From the NCBI GenBank assembly GCA_027489455.1, contig JAIXZR010000215.1, positions 9,740 to 73,739 on the forward strand: a stretch of DNA of 64,000 bases, in the 5' to 3' direction. The DNA comes from Rubrivivax sp. Its GTDB lineage: Bacteria; Pseudomonadota; Gammaproteobacteria; Burkholderiales; Burkholderiaceae_C. Position 1 is the first letter of the stretch; each line of letters starts with the position of its first letter. The position numbers and the translations under genes are program-made. Below the pieces are notes generated by a model. The model had not been told where the DNA came from. It saw only the letters and a list, made by a program, of their open reading frames with translations, and made no database searches. Positions 26,720 to 35,759 of this stretch are shown here, one piece after another.

Positions 26720-27552
26720 GGCGAGTTGTCCAGGCCCACCTGCTGCAGCAGGGCCACCTGCGTGCCGCCCTGGCCGAGCGCCACCCTGAGCGTGAGCAGG
26801 CCGATGTTGGCCAGTGCGCTGCTGCTGGCCGCGCTGCAGCCGGCCAGGCGCGGCAGCAGCGTGCTGGCGGTGGCGCCGGCGAAATCTGTCGTGCTGGCGG
26901 GCTGGGTCGCGCGCCAGTCGTAGCCGCTGTAGCGCACCAGGCGATGGCTGCCGTCGGGCTGCCGCAGGCAAGCCAGCGTGACCGGGGGCGTGACGACGAA
27001 GAAGCGCTCGCTGCCCAGCACCGCAGGCCAGGCGGCGCCGGCCGTGAAGGCCAGGTTGCGGCCGCTGGCCTGCAGCGCCAGCCCGCTGCGGCGCACCTGG
27101 CCGGCATAGACATCCGCGTCGGGCGTACCCAGGTGGCCGATCACCAGTGCGGCCTGCGCCGGCAGGCTGGCCAGCGCCGGGCCGATGACGTCGAAGCTGG
27201 CGTCACCGGCGTCGGCGATGTCCAGCGTGTCGCTGGGCTGGCCGGTGGTGTCGGGCATCTGGCGCCAGCGGCCGGCCTCGTGCACCGGCACCCATTCGAT
27301 GAAGCTGCCCGCCGCATTGCTGGTGATGCGCACGCTGTTGGGCAAGGCGCGCTGCAGCTCGTCGCGCAGGCGGGCCAGTTGCGCGTCGGCCCCCTGCGCC
27401 AGCGCCAGCCGCTCGCCCGTGGCCTGCTGCGCGGCCACGAAGCGGCTGGCCACCACGGCCGAGATCGAGCCCAGCACGCCCACCAGCGTGATCACCACCA
27501 CCAGCTCCACCAGCGAGACGCCGCGCTGCTGGCGGCGGGCCGGGGCCCTCAC
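26716..27552 (-). CDS. mshO: MshO minor pilin
   Basis: G|VSLVELVVVI prepilin motif; RLRDELQRALPNSVRI MshO signature; GTGA coupling to mshD. Confidence 0.85.
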   Translation of the reverse strand: MRAPARRQQRGVSLVELVVVITLVGVLGSISAVVASRFVAAQQATGERLALAQGADAQLARLRDELQRALPNSVRITSNAAGSFIEWVPVHEAGRWRQMPDTTGQPSDTLDIADAGDASFDVIGPALASLPAQAALVIGHLGTPDADVYAGQVRRSGLALQASGRNLAFTAGAAWPAVLGSERFFVVTPPVTLACLRQPDGSHRLVRYSGYDWRATQPASTTDFAGATASTLLPRLAGCSAASSSALANIGLLTLRVALGQGGTQVALLQQVGLDNSP

Positions 27553-28043
27553 GGGGCGGCGCGCCACAGTGCCAGCTCCACGGCTTGCCCGCCCGGGGCC
27601 AGCACCCGCACGCGCGCCCACCAGCCGGTGGTGCCGGCACTGCCGTCGACGGCTTGCTGCACCACGCTCAGCTCGGCGCGGTAGTTCTCGAGCCCGGTGA
27701 TGGGTTGGCCCTCGGCGTCGCGGATGCCGGCCAGCACCAGGCCGTGGTAATCGGCCATCGATGCGAAGCCCGTGCGGCCCGGCGTGGCCACGGCCGTGGC
27801 GCCGGCGCCGGGCAGCGGCTGCAGCTCCATTTCGCGCAGCAGGGATTCGGCCACCGCCAGCGCCTGCCGTTGCACCAGCGGGTCGGCGCTGCGCCCGCCC
27901 AGCATGCTGAAGGCATTGAACAAGGCACCCACCAGCACGGCCCCCAGGGCCAGCGAGACCACCAGCTCGACCAGCGTGACGCCGCGCGCACTGGCGCTGC
28001 CGGGCCGGCGCTGCAGGCGATGGCGTTCAGGGGCGATAGGCAT
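27549..28043 (-). CDS. mshD: MshD minor pilin
   Basis: G|VTLVELVVSL; RSADPLVQRQALAVAESLLRE and FASMADYHGL, MshD-like. Confidence 0.85.
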   Translation of the reverse strand: MPIAPERHRLQRRPGSASARGVTLVELVVSLALGAVLVGALFNAFSMLGGRSADPLVQRQALAVAESLLREMELQPLPGAGATAVATPGRTGFASMADYHGLVLAGIRDAEGQPITGLENYRAELSVVQQAVDGSAGTTGWWARVRVLAPGGQAVELALWRAAP

Positions 28044-28497
28044 GGCCCGACCTGGCCTCCACGCGCACGTTGACCGCGCCGGGGCCGCCCAGCACCTGCA
28101 GTTGCAGCGTGGACGTCAGCGTGGTTTCACCCGTGGCCGTGAAGACGATCGTGGCCGGCGCGTCCAGCGTCACGTCGGCCGATGGCGGCAGCCATTCACC
28201 CGCCCCAGGTGCGGGCACGGGCACGCTGCACGCGGGGTCCAGGCAGACCTGCATCGCCGCGGGCGAGGCCTGCAGCAGCACATGCATGGTTTGCCGCTGC
28301 GCCACCGCCGTGGCTTGCGCTGTGCGCAAAGCGGACACGATCTGATCGGCCACCGCGCTGACGGCAAACGGGCGCCGATCGGAGAAGCGCGCCGCGCTGA
28401 TGCCTGCCAGCACGCCCAGCAGGGCCAGCACCACCACCAGTTCCACCAGCGTGAAGCCGCGCTGCCGCCGGGCGGCTGCGCGGGTTGGCGCGCTCAT
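28027..28497 (-). CDS. mshC: MshC / FimT-like minor pilin
   Basis: G|FTLVELVVVLALLGVLA; ALRTAQATAVAQR; position between mshA and mshD. Confidence 0.8.
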   Translation of the reverse strand: MSAPTRAAARRQRGFTLVELVVVLALLGVLAGISAARFSDRRPFAVSAVADQIVSALRTAQATAVAQRQTMHVLLQASPAAMQVCLDPACSVPVPAPGAGEWLPPSADVTLDAPATIVFTATGETTLTSTLQLQVLGGPGAVNVRVEARSGHAYRP

Positions 28498-28515
28498 GGG
28501 GGGGTGCCAGCGGGA

Positions 28516-29061
28516 TCAGCAGCCCGTGGTCGTGGCCAACACGACGCCGGCGCCATCGGCGGCCGACGGCGACGTGTAGCGCACCGAGCAGTCGGCCGGC
28601 GTGGGCGTGCCGCTGAGCTGGATCACCACCACGCTGCCGGCGGCAGCGTTGCCGCCTTCACCGCTGGTGCTGCTCACCGTCCAGCCGTCGGAGGATTCCA
28701 CGTTGGCGGCACCCAGCACACCCGCCGTGAAGCTGCCCAGGGCCTGTGGCTGGCAGTGGTTGAGGTCGATCGCGCGGCCTTCCATCGAGACGGATTCGCC
28801 GGTGGCCGCACAGGCGCGGCCGTTGGCTATCGCGCTGGCCTTGGTCAGTGCCACGGCCGACTTCATCGACCCCGCCACGGCCTGCACCTTGGCCGTGCGG
28901 GCCTTGCTCTGCAGATCGGTGAAGCGCGGGATCGCCACGGCGGCGAGCACGCCGATGATGACGATCACCGTCACCAGCTCCACCAGCGTGAAGCCGGACT
29001 GCGCCACCACGCGGGGGGCGCGGCGGCGCGTTGCGATCAAGGTCGAGGCACGGGTCGTCAT
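28516..29061 (-). CDS. mshA: MSHA major pilin (181 aa)
   Basis: G|FTLVELVTVIVIIGVLAAVAIPRFTDLQSKAR; C-terminal C...C* disulfide pattern; GGAG RBS; own promoter. Confidence 0.85.
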   Translation of the reverse strand: MTTRASTLIATRRRAPRVVAQSGFTLVELVTVIVIIGVLAAVAIPRFTDLQSKARTAKVQAVAGSMKSAVALTKASAIANGRACAATGESVSMEGRAIDLNHCQPQALGSFTAGVLGAANVESSDGWTVSSTSGEGGNAAAGSVVVIQLSGTPTPADCSVRYTSPSAADGAGVVLATTTGC

Positions 29062-29149
29062 CGAAGTTCTCCAGAGGTAAAGAGTGGTCGCGCAAGCGGC
29101 GCGGCGGGGGGCCGTTGGGCCGAGCGCGCTTCGAAGTTCGTCTTCTGGA

Positions 29150-29177
29150 TTTTCGGCAGGGGCGCGCGAGGCCTTGA
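29150..29177 (-). promoter_or_regulatory. sigma28 (FliA)-like promoter for the pilin operon
   Basis: Minus strand TCAAG-N15-GCCGAAAA in the mshG-mshA intergenic region. Confidence 0.65.
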
Positions 29178-29249
29178 GCCGAGAAGCCCAGCGAAGCCGT
29201 GCCATTTCTCGCTGGCGGACGCTGGCCATCAGCGCGGACCCTGGCCTGC

Positions 29250-30557
29250 TCAGCCGAAGCTGGCGCGCCCCAGATCCCACATCGGCATGAATACGCCGAG
29301 GGCCAGCACCAGCACCGATACACCCAGGAACCAGATCAGCAGCGGCTCGAGACTGGCCGAGAGCTGCTTGACGGCGTGGTCTACCTCTTGGCGGTAGTGC
29401 TCGCCCATCTCGAGCATCAGTTCTTCCAGCGCGCCGGACTGTTCGCCGATGGCAAACAGCTGCTTCATCGCCGGTGGCAGGGTGCCCATGGCACGCGCCG
29501 ATGCGCTGATCGAGCCGCCCCGCGCGAGGTCGCTGCACATCTGCACCATGCGGGCCTCGTACCAGGCGTTGCCGACGGTGCGGCTGCTGGTGAGCAGCGC
29601 GTCGCTGAGCGTGAGGCCAGCCCGCAGCAGCGAGCCCAGCGAGGCCGACATGCGCGCCAGCACGATGCCGTGCAGGATGGGGCCGACGATGGGCAGGCGC
29701 AGCTTGTGCCTGTCCCACCAGAGGCGGCCGCGCGCGCTGGCCAGCCAGCGGTGCCAGCTCCAGGTGGCGCCCACCGTGCCCAGCAACGCGAAAGGCCAGC
29801 CCTTGACGGTGGCCTGGGAGATCGTCATCAGCAGCACCGTCAGCGCGGGCAGCTCCGTACGCGCCGCCGCGAACACCTTGGCGAACGAGGGAATGACGAA
29901 GATGTTGACGATCACCGCGGCCATCACGCAGCTGGCGATCACGAACAGCGGGTAGCGCAGCGCTGCCGACACCTGCTCTTGCGTGGTGCGGCTGAATTCG
30001 CGGTGCTTGTGCAGATCGATGAAGGTCTCGGGCAGGCGGCCGGTGCTTTCGGCCACCTGCAGCATGGCCACGTCGTAGGGCGTGAGCAGGCCGGTGAGCC
30101 GGCGTTCGCGCTCGGCGGCCGCCACCAGGGTGTGGCCCTGGTCCAGATCGAGCTGCAGGCGCTGGAGCATCTCGCGCACCTCGGGCGTGCCGGTGGAATC
30201 TGCCCCCAGGCGCAGCGCCTGCATCAGCGGCACGCCGGCCTTGAGCAGCGAAGCCATCTCACGCAGCAGCAGCGACAGGGCCTGGTGGCGGCGCTTGGAG
30301 CCGCCCAGCCGCCAGCGCCGTGCACGCGGCCCGGCTGCAGCCGCTGTCGCGTTTGCCGCTGCGGCGCCGGCAGCGGGTGCCTTGCCCTTGCCTTCCGCCG
30401 TGCCGGCTGGATCGCCCTGCTGCAGGCGGATGTCCAGCGCCACCCAGCCGCGCGCGGCCAGCTCGCGCGCAGCTTCCTTCGCCGAGCCGACGCTGAGCGA
30501 GCCCTGGCGGGACTGACCCTGCGCGTCGCGGGCGGTGAAGGCGTATTGGGCAGGCAT
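29250..30557 (-). CDS. mshG: MshG / PilC-GspF inner-membrane platform protein
   Basis: LLKAGVPLMQAL, AESTGRL, ALRYP, GEQSGALE, LEPLLI, FMPMWDL motifs. Confidence 0.92.
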   Translation of the reverse strand: MPAQYAFTARDAQGQSRQGSLSVGSAKEAARELAARGWVALDIRLQQGDPAGTAEGKGKAPAAGAAAANATAAAAGPRARRWRLGGSKRRHQALSLLLREMASLLKAGVPLMQALRLGADSTGTPEVREMLQRLQLDLDQGHTLVAAAERERRLTGLLTPYDVAMLQVAESTGRLPETFIDLHKHREFSRTTQEQVSAALRYPLFVIASCVMAAVIVNIFVIPSFAKVFAAARTELPALTVLLMTISQATVKGWPFALLGTVGATWSWHRWLASARGRLWWDRHKLRLPIVGPILHGIVLARMSASLGSLLRAGLTLSDALLTSSRTVGNAWYEARMVQMCSDLARGGSISASARAMGTLPPAMKQLFAIGEQSGALEELMLEMGEHYRQEVDHAVKQLSASLEPLLIWFLGVSVLVLALGVFMPMWDLGRASFG

Positions 30558-30593
30558 CGCGGCGGTGGCTCAGCGCGGGCGGGAGGGCGATCG

Positions 30594-32306
30594 TCAGCCG
30601 AGCGTGCGCAGGCCGATGCGCATCGACTCGTCGACCGACGACCGCCCCGCAGCCGCTGCGGCCGCGGCCTGCGTGGGCAGGTCGGCGCCCTTCAATTGCT
30701 GGCGTGCGGCCTGGGTGAAGCCCGTCATGTCGTTCTTCATGAGAGCGCCGACGCAGTCTTCGTTCATCGCCAGCACCTCGTACAAACCAAGTCGCCCGGC
30801 GTAGCCCGTGTTGCCGCAGCGCGCACAGCCGCGGCCACGCCGCAGCCCGGTTGGGTCCCAGTTGTTGCGGCCCAGCGTGGCATCCAGCCAGGCGCGCTGC
30901 GCCGTCGTGGCCTGCGCGGGCTCTGCGCAGCTGGAGCAGACCTTGCGCACCAGCCGCTGCGCCACCACGGCCTGCAGCGCCGTGCCCACCATGTGCGCTG
31001 GGGCGCCCAGGTCCACCAGCCGGCTGGCAGCCGAGGCCGCGTCGTTGGTGTGCAGTGTCGACAGCACCAGGTGCCCGGTGACGGCCGCGCGGATGCAGGT
31101 CTCCACCGTGTCCTGATCGCGCATCTCGCCGATCATCAGCACATCCGGGTCCTGCCGCAGCGAAGCCCGGAGCACCGCGCTGAAGCCCAGGCCGACGCGC
31201 TCGTTGATGTTGACCTGCGTGATGCCGGCAAACCGGTACTCGACCGGGTCTTCGGCGGTGATGATCTTGCGGTGCGCGGCATTCACCGCGCCCAGCGCGG
31301 CGTAGAGCGTGGTGGTCTTGCCGCTGCCGGTGGGGCCCGTCACCAGCAGCAGGCCCACGCCGTTGTCCAGCGCGTTCTGCAGCGCCTGCAGGCCCGGCTC
31401 GGGCAGGCCCAGTGCGTCCAGGCGGGCCAGCAGCGGATCCTTCAGCAGCAGCCGCATCACCACCGATTCACCGTACTGCCCGGGCAAGGTCGAGATGCGG
31501 ACGTCCACGCTTTGCTGCTTGGCCTGCACGACGAAGCGCCCGTCCTGCGGCAGGCGGCGCTCAGAAATGTCCAGGGCCGCCACCAGCTTCAGGCGCGAAG
31601 CCAGGGCCGGGCCCAGGCGTTGCTCGAACTCTGCGTGCGCACGCAGATGGCCGTCGACGCGCAGGCGCACGGCCACCTTCTGCGCGTGCGGCTCGATGTG
31701 GATGTCGGAGGCGCGCACGCGCACCGCCTCGTCGAACAAGCCCTGCAGCAGCCGCACCACCGGCGCATCCTCGACACCGGCCTGCAGGCCCAGGGCACTG
31801 AAGTCGACGGCGTCGGGCTCGGCGCTGCGCAGCTGCTCGCTGAGCTTCTGCGCCAAGCCCTGGATGTTCTCTTCGTTGCTGAAGACGCGGTCGATCATCG
31901 ACTGCAGGCCGCTGTCGCTGATGATCTCGGTGTCCACCTGCGCTCGCAACAGGCGGGGCAGTTCATCGACCGTCGTCCAGTCGGTGGGATCGACCACGGC
32001 CACGCGCACGCGCTCGCCGGCCAGGCCCAGCGGCAAGGCGCGGAGCTTGCGCACCTGCAGCTCCGTCAGCCGCCGCGCCACTGGCAGCGACACGTTCTCG
32101 ATCTGGGCGTCGAAATAGGGCAGCTGCAGCTGGCGGGCCAACAGCTTGGCAATGACTTCATCGGTGACGAAGTTCAGGTCCTGCAGCACGGTGCCCAGCC
32201 GCCGCCCCGTCGCCTTCTGCCGCGCCAGCGCCTGCTGAAGCTGCGCTTCGGTGATCACGCCCTGCTCGATCAACAGCTCGCCCAGACGAAGTTTGGTCGC
32301 TTGCAT
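30594..32306 (-). CDS. mshE: MshE / PilB-GspE assembly ATPase with MshEN c-di-GMP-binding domain
   Basis: Tandem RLGELLIEQGVITEAQLQQALARQ / RLGTVLQ...LLARQ; ASDIHIEP; GPTGSGKTTT; LRQDPD; CxxC pairs. Confidence 0.95.
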   Translation of the reverse strand: MQATKLRLGELLIEQGVITEAQLQQALARQKATGRRLGTVLQDLNFVTDEVIAKLLARQLQLPYFDAQIENVSLPVARRLTELQVRKLRALPLGLAGERVRVAVVDPTDWTTVDELPRLLRAQVDTEIISDSGLQSMIDRVFSNEENIQGLAQKLSEQLRSAEPDAVDFSALGLQAGVEDAPVVRLLQGLFDEAVRVRASDIHIEPHAQKVAVRLRVDGHLRAHAEFEQRLGPALASRLKLVAALDISERRLPQDGRFVVQAKQQSVDVRISTLPGQYGESVVMRLLLKDPLLARLDALGLPEPGLQALQNALDNGVGLLLVTGPTGSGKTTTLYAALGAVNAAHRKIITAEDPVEYRFAGITQVNINERVGLGFSAVLRASLRQDPDVLMIGEMRDQDTVETCIRAAVTGHLVLSTLHTNDAASAASRLVDLGAPAHMVGTALQAVVAQRLVRKVCSSCAEPAQATTAQRAWLDATLGRNNWDPTGLRRGRGCARCGNTGYAGRLGLYEVLAMNEDCVGALMKNDMTGFTQAARQQLKGADLPTQAAAAAAAGRSSVDESMRIGLRTLG

Positions 32307-32411
32307 GACGGTGGTGGCGTGAAGGGCGGATCCCTGGGCGTTGCTGGGGGGTAAGCAGGGCAGGCCGCGCCCGTTCGAGCACTGGCGCCGCCCCGGGCTG
32401 GGCACATGGCT

Positions 32412-32438
32412 TTATCGGCCGCAGGCATCGCCGCTTGA
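32412..32438 (-). promoter_or_regulatory. sigma28 (FliA) promoter upstream of mshE
   Basis: Minus strand TCAAG-N14-GCCGATAA: exact -10 consensus and canonical spacing. Confidence 0.8.
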
Positions 32439-32499
32439 ATCGCCCGCAGCGCCCACCGCCGCTGCTGCAGGCGGCCAGGGCCGGGCGCGTGGCGTTTAC

Positions 32500-32508
32500 T
32501 GCTATACT
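32500..32508 (+). promoter_or_regulatory. Extended -10 sigma70 promoter of the tRNA
   Basis: TGcTATACT 12 nt upstream of the tRNA 5' end. Confidence 0.65.
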
Positions 32509-32520
32509 GCGAGGCTCAGT

Positions 32521-32597
<77 letters not shown>

Positions 32598-32624
32598 AGA
32601 AACAGGAGTGCTGACAAGCACTTA

Positions 32625-32657
32625 CGAAGCCCGCCGCGTGCGGGCTTCGGCGTTTCT
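32625..32657 (+). terminator. Probable intrinsic terminator after the tRNA
   Basis: CGAAGCCCGC-cgcgt-GCGGGCTTCG 10-bp stem, weak T tail (gcgtttct). Confidence 0.65.
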
Positions 32658-32663
32658 GGGCCT

Positions 32664-32699
32664 TGTGACGGGATCTGTGACGGGTCCTGTGACGTCACA
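32664..32699 (+). repeat. Three direct repeats TGTGACG at 12-bp period (integrase arm-site-like)
   Basis: Copies at 32664, 32676, 32688; the last is part of the palindrome TGTGACGTCACA. Confidence 0.75.
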
Positions 32700-32852
32700 C
32701 GGCGACGGCCGGCCGGTGCCAAATCGTCGCTGACCCTTGAGCCTGTGGCGACTTAGGGGTCGCGTTCCAGCGGATCGTGGAAGTTCACAGACAGGGCGAA
32801 GATGCGATAGGCGGTGGTCAGCGGACTAGTGCAGACAGCTTGGTCCGCCAAT

Positions 32853-33827
32853 TCAGCGTGCTGCTCGGGCTGTGGCCGGAACAGCCTGCCGCGCGGGTGC
32901 CTTGAAGACGTTCTTCAGGTTCCAGGCCAGGAACTCCGGTGCAGGCAACAGGTCTGCATGCTGCGGCGGATGGATCGCTCGCCCATGGAACTGCAGTTCG
33001 CCGGCTATGCCTCGGCCGCCGCTGATCGCGTGCTGGCTGAACACAACGCGGTGCTCGGATGGTTCGACCGTGAACGCGCCCAGGTCGAATAGTTTGTGGT
33101 GAAGCGAGCATAACGACAGGCCGTTCGGTTCGATGTCCGGCCCGCCGACGTGATGCCACTGGATGTGCGCTGCTTCAAGCCCGGCGGGCGTGAGGCCGAT
33201 GCGAAGGTCAAAGCCACAGACACAGCATCGGTACTCGTACGCCCGCAGCACGCGCTCCCGAAAGCCTGGATTTCGGTGCCGACGCTGTCCGATGGCATCG
33301 ACAGTCGTGAGCGGCATGGCCTCGCGCACCTCCCGCTGTCCGTTGAGGTCCAAGCCCAGGCTGGCCACGATGTCGCCCTGCAGGGTCAGCGGGAAGTAGG
33401 TATCCAGCACACGGGAAGCCACGGCCTGCAGCAGACCCGGCACGCGGCGCAAGGCGTCGTCGATGTCGATGGGGAAGCCGCCGCGGATGCGGTGCACGCG
33501 CAGCTCGGTCAGGCTCGGTGTCGCGCCGGCAGGGCGCTTGAGAACCTCGCGCGGCCCACTCAGTTCCCAGAGCGCGCCGCTGCCGTCGGTGGCCAGATGC
33601 CAGAAAGGGTAGTGCCGCGACTTGGCGGCGCTGCTCGGGCCGAACTCCGCCAGCAACTGCTTCAGCGGTTCATCGATGTCCATAAACGCCACGAGCCTAG
33701 GCTCACCGCGCTGCACGCGCGCCATGGCCAGCAGGATCAGCAGCGGCTTGTGGGGCGCATAGACACCCGCGCGCTGCGCTCGGCGGATGTTCTCGAAAGC
33801 ATCGAGGACTTCGATCGCGCTCTTCAT
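32853..33827 (-). CDS. Phosphorothioated-DNA-binding (SBD)-HNH restriction endonuclease
   Basis: N-terminal APHKPLLILL...HYPFWHL SBD-like motifs; C-terminal FRERVLRAYEYRCCVCG...LEAAHI...NGLSLCSLHHKLFDLG HNH. Confidence 0.85.
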   Translation of the reverse strand: MKSAIEVLDAFENIRRAQRAGVYAPHKPLLILLAMARVQRGEPRLVAFMDIDEPLKQLLAEFGPSSAAKSRHYPFWHLATDGSGALWELSGPREVLKRPAGATPSLTELRVHRIRGGFPIDIDDALRRVPGLLQAVASRVLDTYFPLTLQGDIVASLGLDLNGQREVREAMPLTTVDAIGQRRHRNPGFRERVLRAYEYRCCVCGFDLRIGLTPAGLEAAHIQWHHVGGPDIEPNGLSLCSLHHKLFDLGAFTVEPSEHRVVFSQHAISGGRGIAGELQFHGRAIHPPQHADLLPAPEFLAWNLKNVFKAPARQAVPATARAAR

Positions 33828-33828
33828 G

Positions 33829-34224
33829 TCAGCTGCGGCCCGTCCAGTAGTCGGCCTTCTCGGGAATTACCCACCGGATGCCACCGCGAGGATCGGGGTG
33901 GTCACCCTGGTAGCGGGGTATCAGGTGGATGTGCAGGTGGCCGACGGTTTGCCCGGCCGCGGCGCCATCGTTGATGCCAATGTTGTAGCCGGCAGGATTG
34001 AACTCCGATTGGAGCTGCTTCTTCGCCGCCTCCAGCAGGTCGAGCATCGACGCGCGTTCCTCCGATGTCGCTTCGAAGAACGAAGGCACATGACGGACGG
34101 GGATGACCAGCGTGTGACCAGGGGCTACCGGGTAGGCATCTCGAAAGGCGATCGCGGTGTCGTTGCGAAAAAGCACGCGTGCCTCAGGCAAAGCGCAGAA
34201 CGGGCATGGGGTGCAAAGCTGCAT
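33829..34224 (-). CDS. HIT family nucleotide hydrolase
   Basis: CPFC, PGHTLVIP, AAGQTVGHLHIHLIPR histidine triad. Confidence 0.93.
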   Translation of the reverse strand: MQLCTPCPFCALPEARVLFRNDTAIAFRDAYPVAPGHTLVIPVRHVPSFFEATSEERASMLDLLEAAKKQLQSEFNPAGYNIGINDGAAAGQTVGHLHIHLIPRYQGDHPDPRGGIRWVIPEKADYWTGRS

Positions 34225-34365
34225 GAAGCGAGGTTACATGCGCGTCCGCGTTGGCGCCCCTTGCCACTGCATGCGCTGCGCTTCTACTTTCCGGCACTGT
34301 GGCCGGAGGCCGAAGCCGACACGGCTGCGCTGTAGCGGCCAGAAGGCTCACTCCGGCGGAGCGGG

Positions 34366-35754
34366 CTATGCAGCCAATCGCGCTGCGGCGCCTTGGACAC
34401 CTTCGAGGATGCTGTCCGCCACGTCCGCCGGGAAGCCGTGCGGCAACTGCCTGCGCACCAGGGCCAGCGCCTCAGGCGTTTGCGCGATCAGATCGTCGAC
34501 TACTGCCTGCGCCGGGCGCCCTTCAGCCGTGACGACGCCGTGTCGCGTGCCGAGCTCCAGCCAGTGCCTGCGGTGGATGTCTTTCATTTTCCAGTGCGCG
34601 TTCCTGGTCCGCACCGCCATGGCCAGCTTCGCCTTGTGCGGCGAAATCTTCGACGGGCCTTCGCCCAGCACCGGGTACGCCGACAGCACGTCGTACAGCG
34701 GCGCGAGCTGATAGCGCCCGCCAGGCCGGACGAAGAGGCTGAAGTTCTTCGCATGGCCGTCGGTGGCGCACAGCATCCAGAACAGCACCTGCGCCTGGAA
34801 GAAGACCCGGCGGTCCTGCTCCCGTGCCAGCGAGCCTTCCAGCAATTGGAAGATCGCGTCGATGCCGGGGCCGCCATCGGCCTCGTACTTGGCCGTCGGC
34901 GGCAGGCCCTTGGCCTGGCACATGTCTTCCTGGGGCAGGCGGACCAGACGCTTGTCCCCCTGCGGCGCGAGCCACCAGGCGCGGTCGAATCGTTCGACGG
35001 CCAAGACCTTCATGTCTTCGAAGACAAGTGGCTCGCAGGCGGCGACGGGCAGCCCGTAGGCGGCCAGGATCTGGGCACAGAGCCATTCGTTCTCGACCGA
35101 ATGGCGCATGTCGAGCTTCATGCCCCCGATCAGGCCGAGCGGCAGCTTCAGGATGTGCGTGGTGGGCGTGGCACCGTGCGGCAGGTACCACTGACCATCC
35201 ATCTGCAGCAGCGCCGTCTTCTCCTGGGCGCCGGCGATCGAGATGCGCAGCTCGGCGTCGTCGCCTGCGAGTCCCAGCACCTGTGGCGTGGTGGTGGCAC
35301 GCAGCAGGGCGGCCACTTGAGCCTCGGGCAGGGGATCCGCTTCCAGCGGCGCCACGCCGGACGGGGCCGTGCCTTTCGTCCTTTCGGGCAGGATCTGCAG
35401 CGCGCCGGCGCAGTCGCGGCCGGCTTCTGCCAGCAGGTCGAAGGCGTCGGTGGAACTGGCACGGTAGCGGCGCGCCATGCGCCCGCGGATGTCCTTGCTG
35501 TCGGGCAGCAGGTTTTCGAACCATGCCCGCACGTGGGGGCCGCGGTGGGGGGCGTTGCCCGGCATGAAGGGCAGCGACAGCGACAACGGGCGCCCCTGCC
35601 CCGAGCGCGTCCAGTCGGGGTCGTACTGCAGGGTGTCGGGCGCGTTCAGCCCCAGGCTCCAGGTGCCGACGTAGGCGCCGTTCATCCACAGTCCTAAGGT
35701 CTGCCTGGTCGTCTGGCTAGTCCGCCCCGAGCGGATCGCGGAGCGGCGTTCCAT
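34366..35754 (-). CDS. hipA: HipA family kinase toxin
   Basis: ISIAGAQEKTAL, HILKLP, ENEWLC, VERFDR, QEDMCQ, DGHAKNFS, LAPLYD; alternative GTG start at 35763. Confidence 0.95.
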   Translation of the reverse strand: MERRSAIRSGRTSQTTRQTLGLWMNGAYVGTWSLGLNAPDTLQYDPDWTRSGQGRPLSLSLPFMPGNAPHRGPHVRAWFENLLPDSKDIRGRMARRYRASSTDAFDLLAEAGRDCAGALQILPERTKGTAPSGVAPLEADPLPEAQVAALLRATTTPQVLGLAGDDAELRISIAGAQEKTALLQMDGQWYLPHGATPTTHILKLPLGLIGGMKLDMRHSVENEWLCAQILAAYGLPVAACEPLVFEDMKVLAVERFDRAWWLAPQGDKRLVRLPQEDMCQAKGLPPTAKYEADGGPGIDAIFQLLEGSLAREQDRRVFFQAQVLFWMLCATDGHAKNFSLFVRPGGRYQLAPLYDVLSAYPVLGEGPSKISPHKAKLAMAVRTRNAHWKMKDIHRRHWLELGTRHGVVTAEGRPAQAVVDDLIAQTPEALALVRRQLPHGFPADVADSILEGVQGAAARLAA

Positions 35755-35759
35755 GATGG

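Noticed and set aside
32664-32699. CRISPR array or CRP site
   Set aside because: Repeats are 7 bp with 5-bp gaps and there are no cas genes; TGTGA/TCACA are separated by 2 bp rather than 6
32731-32761. Imperfect inverted repeat GACCCTTGAG...CTTAGGGGTC
   Set aside because: 8/10 match only, with no transposase or target duplication
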